Part shown: piece after piece, positions 38,501 to 51,140 of the stretch
Numbering within the stretch: the stretch's first letter is position 1
Layout: each line of letters begins with the position of its first letter
Assembly (NCBI RefSeq): GCF_009834535.1
Contig: NC_045727.1
Location: 11,284,001-11,348,000, forward strand
DNA length: 64,000 nucleotides
From: Camelus ferus
Lineage: Eukaryota
Reading direction: 5' to 3'
Translations under genes and position numbers: made by a program
Notes under the pieces: generated by a model
Told to the model about the DNA's origin: nothing
The model's input: the letters and a program-made list of their open reading frames with translations, nothing else
Databases searched by the model: none

Positions 38501-39082
38501 GCTGTGGTCAGACTTCCACCTACACGGGAAAGCAACCTCAGATCCCTTCCTGCTCCAGAACTGGACTCTTGACTCAGGTCAGAAGAGCTTTCCTTTCTTT
38601 TCCTCCTGCCTGCCCACCCTCCTTTCCCTGACCGGTCTTTCCCTCCGCTATCCTGTGCATAAAACATTCACCTTCCCAAAATTAGTAGGGGTCTACTAGG
38701 ATTTGCTCCGTGATGGGGCTTCTAAGGTTGGGAATGACGCCGTGGACTCAGCTTTGCCGGGCGGTGGTGGGGGAGTGGGGCACGGCGCCCGCTCTCATTT
38801 TCTTCCAACTCCCTTTTTCCCCTCCACTTTTTGAGTTCACCCTTTACTCTTCGCGCCTTCCTGTCTCCCCTCCTCCTTCTCTGCCGCTGAGACCCTGCTC
38901 AGTTCCTTCCACTCGACACGGCCGCAGACTCTGCACTCCCTTCCCTCGCCCCCCGGGTCCCTGTCCAAGCTCCCGAGGCCCCGACCCTTCCCTTCCCGCC
39001 CTAGAGGAGGCCCCAGCGCTTTCCCGCCCCTTTCTTCCAGCCCCGGCCGCCTCTTGGCAATAACGGAACCACCCGCCGCCAT
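26577..39082 (-). pseudogene. Candidate unannotated multi-exon gene or unitary pseudogene, identity unknown
   Basis: Small minus-strand segments bounded by pyrimidine-AG and GT sites that join in phase: 37177-37105, 36896-36867, 36213-36185, 35677-35590, 35100-34995, 34517-34469, 33546 onward; also 29476-29369, 27848-27808 and 27711-27603 (one TGA). Splice sites were picked by eye in GC-rich DNA and no homolog was recognised. Confidence 0.35.
30330..31680 (+). mobile_element. Old L1 ORF2 and 3' remnant
   Basis: Degenerate ORF2 text (ttcaacacagtcccaacaag...ccaaaacatcttcttgaagaagacaaggtgggaggacttgc; cccaaatgtccatcaagaacagaatggataaataaattgtgg). Confidence 0.8.
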
Positions 39083-39480
39083 CGGAGGCCCTGGGCACAG
39101 TGGCCGCTCGGGTCACTTGACTGTAACTGACCAGCGCGCTCCGGCCGTCAGTTGCCGGCGCTGCCCGTTGCCAGGGCAACCCGCGCACCCACCCCTTCCT
39201 CCCGACAAGCTCCGCGCGTGGGCGGGGCTGGGTGGGGCTGGTGGCGTCGTGGGCCCGCCCACCTCCAGCATGCTCCGCTCGGGATGGTGCTCTGAGGGGC
39301 GGGGCGGGGCGGGGCGGGCAGCTCCCACCAAGCTCCGCGCGGCGGGGCGTGGCCGGTGATGTCCCCGGGGCTCCAAGGCACCTGCACCGGCTGCATCTGA
39401 GGGGCCAGTGACGGCTGTTAAAATGCTGTGCCGAGGGCCGGGGTGAGGCGCGCGTCCAAGAGGAGGGCCGTCTGGCATAA
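38740..39480. promoter_or_regulatory. Orphan CpG island with an RFX X-box
   Basis: CpG-dense with GC boxes; near-palindromic GTTGCCAGGGCAAC at 39167-39180; minus-strand ccgATGGCGGCG at 39082. Confidence 0.7.
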
Positions 39481-41026
39481 TTTTTATTTTTGCAGTGACC
39501 TTTTTGTTAGTATGGTGGCTTTCATTTATTATTAGAAAGACTATTGTCCAAATAATGTATTCTCCGCCTGGGTGAGGCTTAAGTGAAGCCCCCAGGCGCT
39601 TCCACCTCAGCCTCCACCGTGGAAACTACGCTCGGGAATCTGGTGTTTGCCGTCGTGTGTGTGTTTATAATCGAAGGAATTCACGGACAGCCACCGCATG
39701 GTGGTTATATTGACTGTTTTGAGTCAGACACTTGAAAAACAGCAAATGCAAGAAAAACGCTGACATTCTTTGTTTCTTAAAAGCAAGAGATGAAGTTGCC
39801 GTGTGAAAAATGTCCTCCAAGTACCAGAAGGAAAGTAACATTCTTATCGTCATGGGGGAAAAGTTGAGATCAAGAGAATTTAGTACAAACAAACCTTGTT
39901 AAAGTAGTCTTCCATTAGCCTCTTTGCATAGTTTAGTTATTTTCCCGCAATTGCCTCTCTTTGTTCAATCTAATAGAAAGGCGCATAAAGTTTGCCATTA
40001 CTTTGTGTCTTCATTCCTTATGAAGGGTCCCAAGTCAGGTGAAACTTGTATTAAATACATTTAGAAGCTCTTCTCCTGTTGAATGCCAGTCAGACCCAGT
40101 TGGAAAAAACCCCAAGAGGACAAAGGTAAAATTTTACCTTCCCAACACAATCCTTGTAGCTGGCTTCATGATTTGGGATTTCCTTAATGTCTCTCTGCCC
40201 CACAGCTGTCCGAGATGCTCTCACACAGGTACCTGGGCTTAATTCATTAATTCTCACTCTGCACGTTGTTAGATTCTTTTGCTAATGGCCGTTTAGAATG
40301 TTTCCAATTCTTTGCTCTTACAAGCTTGTAATAGCATATTGAACATATTATAAACACACTAGCCTGATGGGTGTGGAATGGTATTCATTGTAATTTTAAT
40401 TTTCATTTCCCTACTTTTAGTAAGTTTGAGCTTCTTTTTATGTATTTTTGGGCTACTCAGTTTTCATGTTCTGTGAATTGCCTGTTCATATCTTTTGCCC
40501 AGTTTTCTATTTCATTGTGCTTTGTTCCCTACTGACAGGTAGAACTTTTAATACTTTGGTGGTTACCAATCTTTTGCCAGTTTGGTGCATTCATTGCAAA
40601 TATTCAAGTCTGTGGCTCTAAGAGGGTGACAGCTTGAGCGTGTGCCATCTGCTTCCGTGGCTAGCATCTAGCGGGATCCAGAGGAAACAACTCGCTGTCT
40701 TTAATTACCAGGAAGCCTACACCCTGTTTTATAACCAAGGGCTCCTTACAACCAACAGAGAGTCCAGACACAAGCATTTAGGGAATTGCCCGTAAGGGAT
40801 AGAAACAGTGCAGGTGAAAGCACAGCCCTGTTCCCTTACCCACATTTCTATTTTCAGTGGAATGCTTGGTTTTCTCATGGGTGGAGTGGGGCAGGGGCAG
40901 TCCCACAGGGCTCCCAACATGAAAAAGCAAGCAGGCAGGAATTGCCCTCTGGTCCTGTGCTGTGTGCACCAGGATGGAGAGTCGCAGTGCAGGCAGGGCA
41001 TGGAAGGAGGGCAGAGGGAAGCCCAG

Positions 41027-41848
41027 CAGGCCTGCACCTGTGGATGAGTGCCTGGCGTGGCAGCACACCAACATCCAGGTGCCTGCCACCAACGTCTGCC
41101 TGTTCAAGGTGAGCCTTCCTGCCTTATTGTGCAGGTAGGCAGGAGCCAAGACCCCCAGAGCTGGAAGGGACCAATTGGCCCATATACTAATTGCTGTGTA
41201 CTGCCCTATGCAGACACCGCTAATCTATCCTAGCTGTCTTTCTTCTGAGCCTGAATGAAAGCTCAGACTCCTTCTGAACACAGAGCCCCAGAGGGCATCA
41301 CTGATAAATGGCAGCTGGGGAGGGTGGAGAGGAAGCTGAGGAGGCTTGGAGGGGCCCAATATAAGTGCCCCCTCTCTTTCTGGCCCAGTGTCTCCTACCC
41401 GACTTCTCCAGGCAGCCTGTGGATGCCAAGTGGCTGGAGCGGCTGCTGGGGAAGCTGACACTGTCTCTGCAGCACCTGGATTGGGAGGTCCTGGCAGCCA
41501 AACCATTCCTGGCCACCAAGCAGTTCTCCCTGGCAGATCTGATGGACTCAAAGAGCTGATGCAGGTGAGGTTCTCCTGTCCGCCTGCCCTCTGGGGGTAC
41601 TCAGGGTGTAGCCTGAGCCCCAGGTTCCAACTGCTCTGTCTTCCCAGCCCACTGCCTTCAGTTGTGACCTATTCTGAGACTGGCCCTGGCTGGCAGTTTG
41701 GTGGGCCCTTGTGGAGGCCCCCCTGGGCATGAAGCTAGTCCAGGAGGCCCACAGGCTTGTGCTGTAGGCTTGGGACCCCCGAGAGGCCCAGTAGGACCCC
41801 CAGCTGGCCCAGAAGCTGGTGCAGAAAGTGAAGGAGCAGCTGCACTGA
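41027..41848 (+). pseudogene. Theta-class glutathione S-transferase pseudogene (exon 3 remnant, exons 4 and 5)
   Basis: Exon 3 remnant 41027-41108 (QACTC, 2-nt deletion, then DECLAWQHTNIQVPATNVCLFK|GT). Exon 4 at 41389-41564 is 176 nt versus 177 in its paralogs, with a frameshift before ELMQ. Exon 5 at 41648-41848 has premature stops at 41675, 41765 and 41792. Exons 1-2 were not found. Confidence 0.9.
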
Positions 41849-42673
41849 GGGGATACTGGGCCCTTGCCCTCCGCCGTCTGCAGTAAACTTGCTCTTTCCC
41901 TCCGCGCACCTCCAGCCTCACTGTGCAGGGAAGTAGGGTCTCTCCAGGAGGGAGTTCTCCTGGGAACTCTCACAGGATCACGCAGCTTGGAGTGGGCAGC
42001 ACTCAGGCCTCCCCCTGGTGTCCAGTTACCTTTCTCAGCTGCCAGGTGCTGAGTCCGGACACACAGCCTGGCCACAGCCAGTCCAAACCCAGACTGAAAG
42101 TTCCCAGGCTCCTCTGTGTGGCATGATCTGGCTAGCGTCCACTGTGTCCGCGGTGGCATCATCCCTGATGCCCCGACAGCTCCCCATGCTCCCATTTCTT
42201 CCTCTTCACCCATTTCTAGGTGCAGTTCAGGACAAGGTGATCTGTGAATACCCCCAGTCTCTGCTTCTGGAACCCTCCTGGGTGAGTCATCATCCCTGGA
42301 CCCAGCAAAGCCCCTTCAGTCACATTCTGCGGTGAAGGCCTGGCCCAGGGAATTCCCAAGTGTAAATTGTTCTCAGACCCAGGCCAGGGACACATATGGG
42401 TGCCCCCAGGGAGGGGAAGGACAGGGTCACAGCCACCCCCCACCCCCTGGCCCCGAACCACAGGCTTCTCCCCAGCCCACTCCTGGCCTCCTCAGAATCC
42501 TGGTGCTGTGAGAATTCCAGGCTTCCTGGCCTCATGACAGCACCAAGTGAACAAGAGGTTCCAGAATGTGGGGTCCTGGGCCTGGGCTGGTGGGCACAGG
42601 ACCAGGGTGCAGGCTGCATATCAGCTCAGGTTGGGTGTCTGCCGGCCGCGGCTGGGGCCCCACTCGTGTCTCC

Positions 42674-45600
42674 ATGGGCCTGGAGCTCTACCTGGACCTG
42701 CTGTCCGCCTCCTGCCGTGCCGTCTACATCTTTGCCAAGAAGAACGGCATCCCCTTCGACTTCCAGTTTGTGGATCTCCTGAAAGGTGGGCCCCAGCACT
42801 GCCTGGCTGGGCCAGGTCCTGGGGGAAGGCAGGACACAATGTTGGGGCGTTTCTAAGAAACGGAGACAGGGACAGATCAGAGCCCCCTCCCCTCTGGAGT
42901 CCATGGGACAAGAAATGCTTCCCAAGAGAATTGTGGGCTGTGCACCTGCCCACCCTGCCTTCGCCAGTCCCTGCTGACTCTGCTGAACAGGTTTTACAGG
43001 GTGAAATGGAGAGAGGAGGGGTGGTGGGCCCCCGATTTCCCTCCCAGTGCCCTCACCTCCTCCTCGTGGGTGTCTAGCACCTGGTCAGCTGCAGCACCTG
43101 CCAGATTAGGTTGGCAAAAGTCACAGAGGTGGGTGCTGATTTCCTATTGCTTCCGTCCACACCCATCCTCTCCCAGTGTTCAAGCCCCAACCCCAGGTGA
43201 GGTTCATAGCCTTGAACGCCACCCAGGCATGGAGGGGGCTTCAAAATCTCTGCTCGCAGAGGCAGTAGCCTCTAGAACGGAGGAGATACAGAAGACCCAG
43301 AAATAATTAGGGTGTGAGTAGAGTTCCCTGGAAATGTTTCCGATGGATCTGATGGAGGCCTCCGGGGGGCTGGGGGAGGGGGGCAGGGGGAGCCGGGACC
43401 CTAGGGCTTTTATTCATAGGCTGTGGCTTCAGGCCCGGAGTTGGGAGTGAGAGCTGGAGGCCTTCAGCTTCTGTGAGCCAGAGTTGCTCTGGTCACAGAG
43501 CCTGGGATGGGGGCCGGAGTCCTGACCTAGACCCTGTTCTGCTGCTGACTTGCCCTCTTACCTGGGGGGAGCCACGTGCTTCCTCTGGAGAGATAGGCAT
43601 TTGAGAAAAGTGGAGAGAAAGGCATTTCTCCCTCTGGAATACCTGGGCCTCTCTTCCCTGGGGTCCCAGCAGCCTCAGACCTTCCTGCCCCTCTCAGGCC
43701 ACCATCACAGCAAGGAGTACATCGAGATCAACCCCCTGCGGAAGCTGCCCAGCCTCAGAGATGGAAAATTTATCTTATCTGAAAGGTAATAGTCTTCCCT
43801 GGGGCCTCTCTGCCGTCTGCCTCTGCGGAGACTCAGCGGCAGCCCCACCGGCTAGTGCCTACCGATTTTTTTTTTTTACTATGGAAAATTACAAGGGGCG
43901 GGTAGAGCTCAGTGGTAGAGTGCGTGCTTAGCATGCAGGAGGTCCTGGGTTTAATCCCCAGTACCTCCATAGAAAAAAAAATAGTAAATAAACCTAATTA
44001 CCACCCCCTCAAAACCCCCCAGAAACTAGATGAAAATTACACACATACACCAAAGTAGAACAAATATTAAGTAATGAGGAGCAGAACGAGCCCCCGCACC
44101 CATACCTGCAGCTCCAGCAGGTGTCCACTAGGGGCCCCTTTTGCATCATCTGAACCCCACTCTTTTCCCCAGCCTCCTGGCCACCCCATCACTTCACTCA
44201 TAAAGTGTTTAGAAATGAACTTCTAAGAGAGATAAGGGCTCTTAAAAAAAAATGCCATGATGACACCTCATAAAATTAATAATTATTCCTGGAATTCATC
44301 AAATAGCCTGTTCATATTCAAAAGTCTCAGAATATCTCATAAATATTTCCTTTGTAGTTCGTGCATTGGAATCAGGGTCCACATAAGCGGCAAGATTTGC
44401 AGCCGACTGATCTGCCTCTTCAGTCTCTTTTTCCCTGCAGCCCCCTCCACGCCCCACTTTGGACTTTTGCGTGTTTGCTGTGAGTGAAGAAGCCAGGCCC
44501 TTTGTCCTGCAGAGTTTGCCACGGTCTGAATTCTGCTGACTGCGTTTTCTTGGTATTGCATAATGTGGATTCCTGTCCCTTTATTTCCTGTAAATTGGTA
44601 GTTAGGTCTTGAGGTTTGGTAAGGTGCAGGGTTGATTGTCAGATGGCTTCACAGGGGGTCTCATAACTTAAAGTCTAGCTCCCAAGTGGACCATGGAAGT
44701 CTGGGGCCCAAGGCCTGGTACTTTGCTAGGACTGCTGTAACAGAGCACCACTCACTGGCTGGCTTGGAACAATAGAAATACGTTTTCTTGTAGTTCTGTG
44801 GGTAGAAGTCTGAAATCAAGGTGTTGGCAGGGCCATGCTTCCCTTGACGGGGCCAGGAAGGATCTGCTCCTGGCCTCTCTCCTAGACTCTGATGGCCTCA
44901 GATCTTCCTTGCCTGGTAGATGGCCATCTTCTCCCTGTGTGTATTCACATCACCCCCTTCTGTGCATGTGTCTCTATGTCCAAATTTCCCCTTTTTAAAA
45001 GGACACCAGTCATATTGCATTAGTGTCTATTCTTATGACCTCATTTTAACTTGATGATCTCTGTAAAGACCTTCTTTCCAAATAAGGTTACATTCTGAGG
45101 TACTGGACATGAGAATTTCAACATGTCTTTTTAGGGGATACAATTCAACTCATAACAGTCTCCCCCCCGTTCATGTTCTGCCCATGTGTGAAACACATTC
45201 ACCTCTCCCCAACGTGTCTAAGAGACTTAATAATTTCAGCATCAACTCTAAGTCCAAAATGCCATCCTCTAAATCACCCAAATCATGTTTGAGTGAGATT
45301 CAGAGTTTGATTCATCCTGGGCCAAAATTCCCCTCCATCTATGACCCTGTAAAACCAGACGACAAGTCATCTTGTTTCCAAAATACAGTGCAAAGGACAG
45401 GCATAGGCTAGACCTTCCCATCCAAAACAGAGGAATAGGAAGGGAAAGGGCTCGAGTATCCCCAGCAAATCTGAAACCTAGCAAGACAAGCTGCACTGGA
45501 TTTCAAGGCTTGAGAATTGTTAAAAATCAAAATTCAGCTGTGTAAATTTAAAGATCTCATTGGCTTTATACAACAATTCATGAATGGGGCAGCATCCCAC

Positions 45601-48600
45601 CTAGAAAGGAGCTCTGAAGAGCTGCCTTTTGTAGGCAGATGGAGGTAGGAAAAGGAAGTTTCTAGGAAAGAGTGGATTGTCTGGGACAAAGTCATTTTCC
45701 TTTGGGGGGCAGGCATGGGTTTATGAGGCAGAATTCCTCACTAGTGCTTACCAGGGAATTCAAGACTGACTGGTAAAAGGTCACATTTCTGGGAAAAGCT
45801 GAAACTTCAATTAGGTTAGATATTAAGTCTTGGTTTGCTGACATGGGCCTTAGCACAAGTGACTCCATTTTGGGTTTTTGGTTTCTCTCTCTTTTTTTTT
45901 TAGCAGGATTATCATTTTTGGCTCCATGTTCTGTTCTCTGGGCCCATCAGGGTGGTGGCCCCACCCTCTGGGACCAGGGAGGCCAAAACCTGGCCCCACC
46001 CCCACTATCCTGGGCTTGTGGTGGCAGGACAGCCCTTCTGGCCCTGAGACTTCCTCTGGGTCATTCTTCCCCTTTCTTGAAGGCCAACACACACGCACAG
46101 TTGAATAGCCCCATCAGCCCATTTCGTAGATGTGCCTCACGGTCTTCCTTCATTTCACCCCATCTGGCTCCTTCTGATGGTCTGTTAGATCCACAAGTCA
46201 CATGCCTATCTCTTAAAATGTTATTTTATTACTTCTGGGGGTAAATTAGGTTTATTTAATTTTTTTTTTAAATGGAAGCACAGGAGATTGAACCCAGGAC
46301 CTTGTGTATGCTAAGCATATGCTCTACAACTGAGCTATACCCTCCCTGCCCCCACATCTGTCTCTTTACCAAGTGATTGTCAGCTGCACCCTCCGTGTTC
46401 TCTCCAGAGCAGGGCCCCAACCTCAAAGTGCCAGGGCTCCTTCCCTCTGCCCTTGGCCTTATATGCCACCGTCTCACCCAGGTGGTCCTTCCCTCCCAGG
46501 TCCCAGTCCTGGGCCTGGGAAGGCTGTGAATCCACTCCCATCCCTCTTGGGCCTTCTCCCATGACCTGCTCCTCCCCCACCCCCTCCAGCCTCCCAGCCC
46601 CTCTGCCCAGGTGTGTCTATCAGGGCTCTGAGTGAGGGGCTAAGGACACCAGCCACAGAAGGCAGACCCAGCTTGACCAGTTTGAATTTATTGGTGGACG
46701 TGACAAGCCAGGGGAATTGGGCCTGGCTATTGGGGGGCTGATGCCCTTCCCCGCCCAGCCCACCATGTGGCTTCTCACTGCCATCAGCAGTTCTCAAGCT
46801 GCATCTTTGAAGCACCTATTCCTTGGGAAACAAGCAGCCTCTCCTTCGTGGGTGATCTGAAGTTCCTAGGGAAGGACGGGGACAGGCAGAGTCTGAGTCA
46901 CCTGCTTGCTTGTGGGCCACTCACTGGTCGGGGCACTGGGACCCATGACTGCTGGTCACCCCTGGCCAGAATTGCTGATAGTGGAGCAGCAGGTCCCTGC
47001 AGGCAAAGTAGGGGAAATGGTGCTGGGCAGACAAAAGGCCAAATGCCCATTGCAGGGTCATCCCAGGGCCTGGGATGCTGCCAGGTGCCTGTCCCCCAGG
47101 AGATGGGGCTCCTCCAGTCACAGCAAGCTCTGGTTGGCTCTGGAGGCAGGAGGTATAGGAGAACTTGGTGGCGTGGGTGGGCCCCACTTGGCGGGAGGGC
47201 TGGTGGCAGTTAATAATTGTGGAGGTCCCAACCTGAAGGTGCAGGACTAAGAGACACTGAGAGTGTGGTGGCGGGGTTAGTGGGCATGGGCAGAGGGACG
47301 CAGGCATCTCCGACCGTCTCTGACCTCTCCCCCTCCTCCCCTACCCTCTTCCACTCACACCCACAGACTCTAGTTTTTCCAAATTTACCAAACTCCCTCT
47401 TACCCGTATTTCCACACACTGTCCCCATCTGGACTGCCCTTCCTGTCCCAGTCACCAACTCCCTCTCGCCTGAAGTTCTCCCTCCCTGCCCTCATTGATG
47501 GACGGATTGCCTGCCTTTCTGGGGCTGGTCCTCCTTCTGGAGGCCTGCCTAGACCCTGTGGCTGGAGGCCCCGTCTGCTCTGGGTGGGTGGAGGAGGGGT
47601 GCTAGGGAGGCAGAGGCGAGCCCTGACTGGCCTCACTGCAGCGTGGCCATCCTCTTCTACCTGTGCCGCAAGTACAGCACACCCTCGCACTGGTACCCAC
47701 CTGACCTGCACACACGCGCCCGCGTGGACGAGTTCATGGCCTGGCAGCACACGGCCATCCAGCTGCCTATGAACAAGATCCTCTGGATCAAGGTGAGTGG
47801 GGCCATGGCTTGTCTCAAGCAAGTGTCCTCCTTCTCTGGGCCTCATTTCCACAGGCCCCTTTCCTGCCCACCTTCCAGAGTTGATGGGAGTCTGATGTGA
47901 GCCACTGGGTATGGAAGAGCCTTATAAAGACAAGGGGAAGGGTGCCCAGGAGGGGATTCAAGACATTTTGTTCCAAATTAGAAAATATCAGAGTCCAAGG
48001 GCCCATAAAGACCACCAGATTTGAAGATGATGCATAACCAGCCCACGTGCCGTGACTCCCTGTCCTATGCCTGTGACAAATCACTGATCAGTCGCAGGAT
48101 TCTTTCCTGCTGGGACCTCAGAATCCCTCTGAACAATGGCTCCAGGCAACTACCACTAACCAGACCTGCTGAATGAGGTGACACCACTTTCTATCCTCGG
48201 TACTGTCCACACCTCTCTAGTGGACAAGGGTACTGAGGCCCGGAGGGTCAGATGCAGCCTCCTCTCCCCTCCCCTGGCCAGCTGCTGATCCCAATGATCA
48301 CGGGCGAGGAGGTTCCTGCTGAGAAGACGGAGCAGATGCTGGCAGAGGTGAGGAACAACCTGAAGCTCTTCGAGGAGAAGTTTCTGCAGGACAAGATGTT
48401 CATCACCGGAGACTGCATCTCCCTGGCCGACTTGGTAGCCCTGGTGGAGATGATGCAGGTGTGCGGGGGGCGATGGGGGCCCTGGTCAGTATGCAAGGTA
48501 GCCACTTTGGTCCCTGGTCCGTGCGCAGTGCAGACCTGCACTGGGAAAAACAGTCCAGTTTTTCTGTCCAAGAGGGTGCAACCCCTTAATTGTCAACCCC

Positions 48601-49284
48601 CACCCCTTCTGCTTTGCCCACTCCCACCCCATGTGGGGTCTCCCAGATATCCTGGGTGCATGTGTCTTAGGCTGCCTCCTGGGTCTCTTGTTCCAGCCCT
48701 GTGCTTGATCACAGAGGGAGGCTCAACACAGGGGACAGATAACTGAATTCCTCCCACCCTCATCTGGGGACAAGGGGTTTTCCTGGAAGAAGGCAGGAAC
48801 CCATGGGAGGTTTCACGCTGGAGCAGTGGAAACCCCCTGAGTAAGGGTCACCTCTGAGATGGATTCAGGAGCCTTGGAGCAAGACCAGTGACTGAGAGTC
48901 CTGGGGGATCCTGGATCTTTCGTCCCCACCCCTCATCTATTACACAGCCTGCGACCCCTGACCCAGGACCTGGGAGTCAGCAGACTCACTCTTCTCAGGG
49001 GTGGATGGGGAGAGCCGCTGAGGCTGTAGGAGAGGAATCTGGCGGGTCCCCTGGCTGACCACTCCATCCTCTTTGTCTCTCCACAGCCCATGGGGGGCAA
49101 CCATAACATCTTTCTCAACAACTCCAAGCTGGCTGACTGGCGCATGAGGGTGGAGCTGGCCCTCGGCTCCGGCCTCTTCTGGGAGGCCCACCAGCGGCTG
49201 ATGACATTGGCAGAGTGGGACTGCTCAACGTTGGATCCATGGGTCAAGGAGAGGATCTGCAATGTGCTGCAGAAGTTCAAGTAG
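42674..49284 (+). CDS. GSTT4: Glutathione S-transferase theta-4 (241 aa)
   Basis: Exons 42674-42785, 43698-43785, 47642-47792, 48282-48458, 49087-49284 (112/88/151/177/198 nt). Diagnostic GSTT4 segments: [49 protein letters not shown]. Confidence 0.95.
43895..44031 (+). mobile_element. tRNA-Ala-derived SINE in GSTT4 intron 2
   Basis: tRNA-like head plus tail; GAAAATTACA duplicated at 43884-43893 and 44032-44041. Confidence 0.9.
44720..46150. mobile_element. MaLR MLT1 LTR and internal sequence, interrupted by another LTR-like segment (~45520-45890)
   Basis: gctaggactgctgtaacagagcaccac...ctgaaatcaaggtgttggcaggg...acattctgaggtactgg...acaattcaactcataaca is an MLT1 LTR. Inner boundaries approximate. 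Confidence 0.7.
46233..46346 (-). mobile_element. tRNA-Ala-derived SINE in GSTT4 intron 2
   Basis: Reverse-strand SINE head ending GAGCTATACCCTCCC. Confidence 0.88.
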
Positions 49285-49372
49285 AAGCAGCGCCCCCAGT
49301 AGGGCCTGGCTGGCTCAGCCCTCTGAGCCTCCTTCCTTAGGGGAGACACTGAAAACCACTGTTTCTTTGACT

Positions 49373-49378
49373 AATAAA
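49373..49378 (+). terminator. GSTT4 polyadenylation signal
   Basis: AATAAA about 90 nt after the stop codon. Confidence 0.8.
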
Positions 49379-49479
49379 GAATGGAGCAGCCACCATTGCT
49401 GAGCCTGGGATGTAGGGTGAGCATAGCATCTGATGCAGGGCTGGGTGGTAGGTGCAGGTCCCCCCAGCTTCCAAAGAGA

Positions 49480-50636
49480 ACTTAAAAATTAAGGCTGAGA
49501 TGTGATTAAACTGCCAACAGTAATAGTTGATGACTTCAGTACTCCACTTTCACTGATGGCTAGACTAGTGAGACGGAAGACCACCAAGGAAACAGAGGGC
49601 CTGAACCATGCTCTGAGCTCACGGGCCTGTCGGGTGCACAGAGCACTGTGCCAACAGCAGCAGAGCAGCCTCAGGTGCGTGTGCAGTACTTTCTAGGATA
49701 GACAATGTTAGGCCATAAAACAAATCCCAATAAATGTAGAGACTGAAATCATACAACGTGTGTTTTCTCTGTACACAATGGAATGAAGTGAGAAGTCAAT
49801 AGCAGAAGGAAAACGAGAAAAAGAAATGTCTAGAAGTGAAACAGTACGGTTTTAAACAATAGATCAAAGAAGAACTCTCAAGGGAAATTAGCAACTACCT
49901 CAAACAAATGAAAGCAAAAACATAACACACCAAATTTTATGGGATGTGGGCAAAGGTAATGTTAAGAGGGACATTTATGGCTGTAAACGCATACAGATCT
50001 CAAGTCCATAACCTAATTTACACCTTAAGGAATTAGAAAAAGAAGATCAAACTAAACCCACAGCCAGCAGCAGAGAAGAAATAATAAAGATAAGCGTGGA
50101 AAGATCAGTGAAATAGAGAATTAAAAATAATTAGAGAAGATCAATGAGACAAAAAAAATTGGATTTTTTAAAAAGTCAATGAAATTGACAAACTTTTAAC
50201 TAGAATGACCAAGAGAAAAATTAGACTTGAATTGCTCAGATCAGTAATGGAAGTGGGCACAGCCCTACTGATCTTACTGAAAGACAAAGGATTTTAAGGA
50301 AGTACAGTGAACAGTTGTATGTGAACAGACTAGATAACCCAGATGAAATGGGAAAATTCCTAGAAACACCTTTTTACCAAAATAGACTCAAGAATAGAAA
50401 ATTTGAATAGATCTATGACAGATAAGAATTTGAAATAGTAAAAAAAAAAAAAATTGAAATAGTAATCATAAAACTTCCTACAAAAAAAAGCCTAGGACCA
50501 GATAGCTTCACTGGTGAATTCTACGAAATGCTTCAAGAATTAACACCAAGGCTTCACAAACTCTGCCAAGAAATAGAAGAGGAAGAACATTTCCCAGCTT
50601 GTTCCATGAAGCCAGCATTACCTTGATACCAAAGTG
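49480..50636 (+). mobile_element. L1 ORF2 fragment (endonuclease to RT linker region)
   Basis: acagtaatagttgatgacttcagtactccactttca...; aaagatcaaactaaaccc; ggaccagatagcttcactggtgaattctac; ccagcattaccttgataccaaa. Confidence 0.85.
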
Positions 50637-50841
50637 ACTAGCAGTAATCTTACCAAGATGTTTGCTTGACTGCGTGTATTGCTAACAAAAATCACATATA
50701 AATTACCTTTCTCCTGTTACCTCTTCAGAGAAGCTCCCTAGAGCTGAGAGGCTATTTGTCAGACTATAGTTCTCAACAAGACCCTGGATAAAACTTAACT
50801 CACAACACTCTGGTGTGTTTTTTGTTTGTTTTCAGTAGACA
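50637..50841 (+). mobile_element. Possible ERV LTR 3' fragment
   Basis: LTR-like U3/R text ending ...tttcagtagaca; no second LTR. Confidence 0.4.
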
Positions 50842-50884
50842 GTTACCATTTTTTGGTTGTTGCGAGAATAATTAAGAACTACTT

Positions 50885-51140
50885 GGAGGTGGGGAATGGC
50901 TCAGTGGTAGAGCATGTGCTTAGCATGCACGAGGTCCTGGATTCAATCCCCAGCATCTCCATTAAAAAAAATAAAATAAAATAAGAACAAAATTAGAAAG
51001 AAAAAAAAGGGGGGTATAGTTCAGTGGTAGAGTTCTTGCTTAGCGTGTAAGAGGTCCTGGGTTCCATCCCCAGTACTGGTAATAACTAACTAACTAAATA
51101 AATAAATCTAATTGCCTCCCCCTCCCAAAAAAAAAAAAAA
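50885..51140 (+). mobile_element. Two tandem tRNA-Ala-derived SINEs (50885-~50985 and 51009-~51140)
   Basis: Two complete heads; the second sits in or after the A tail of the first. Confidence 0.88.
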
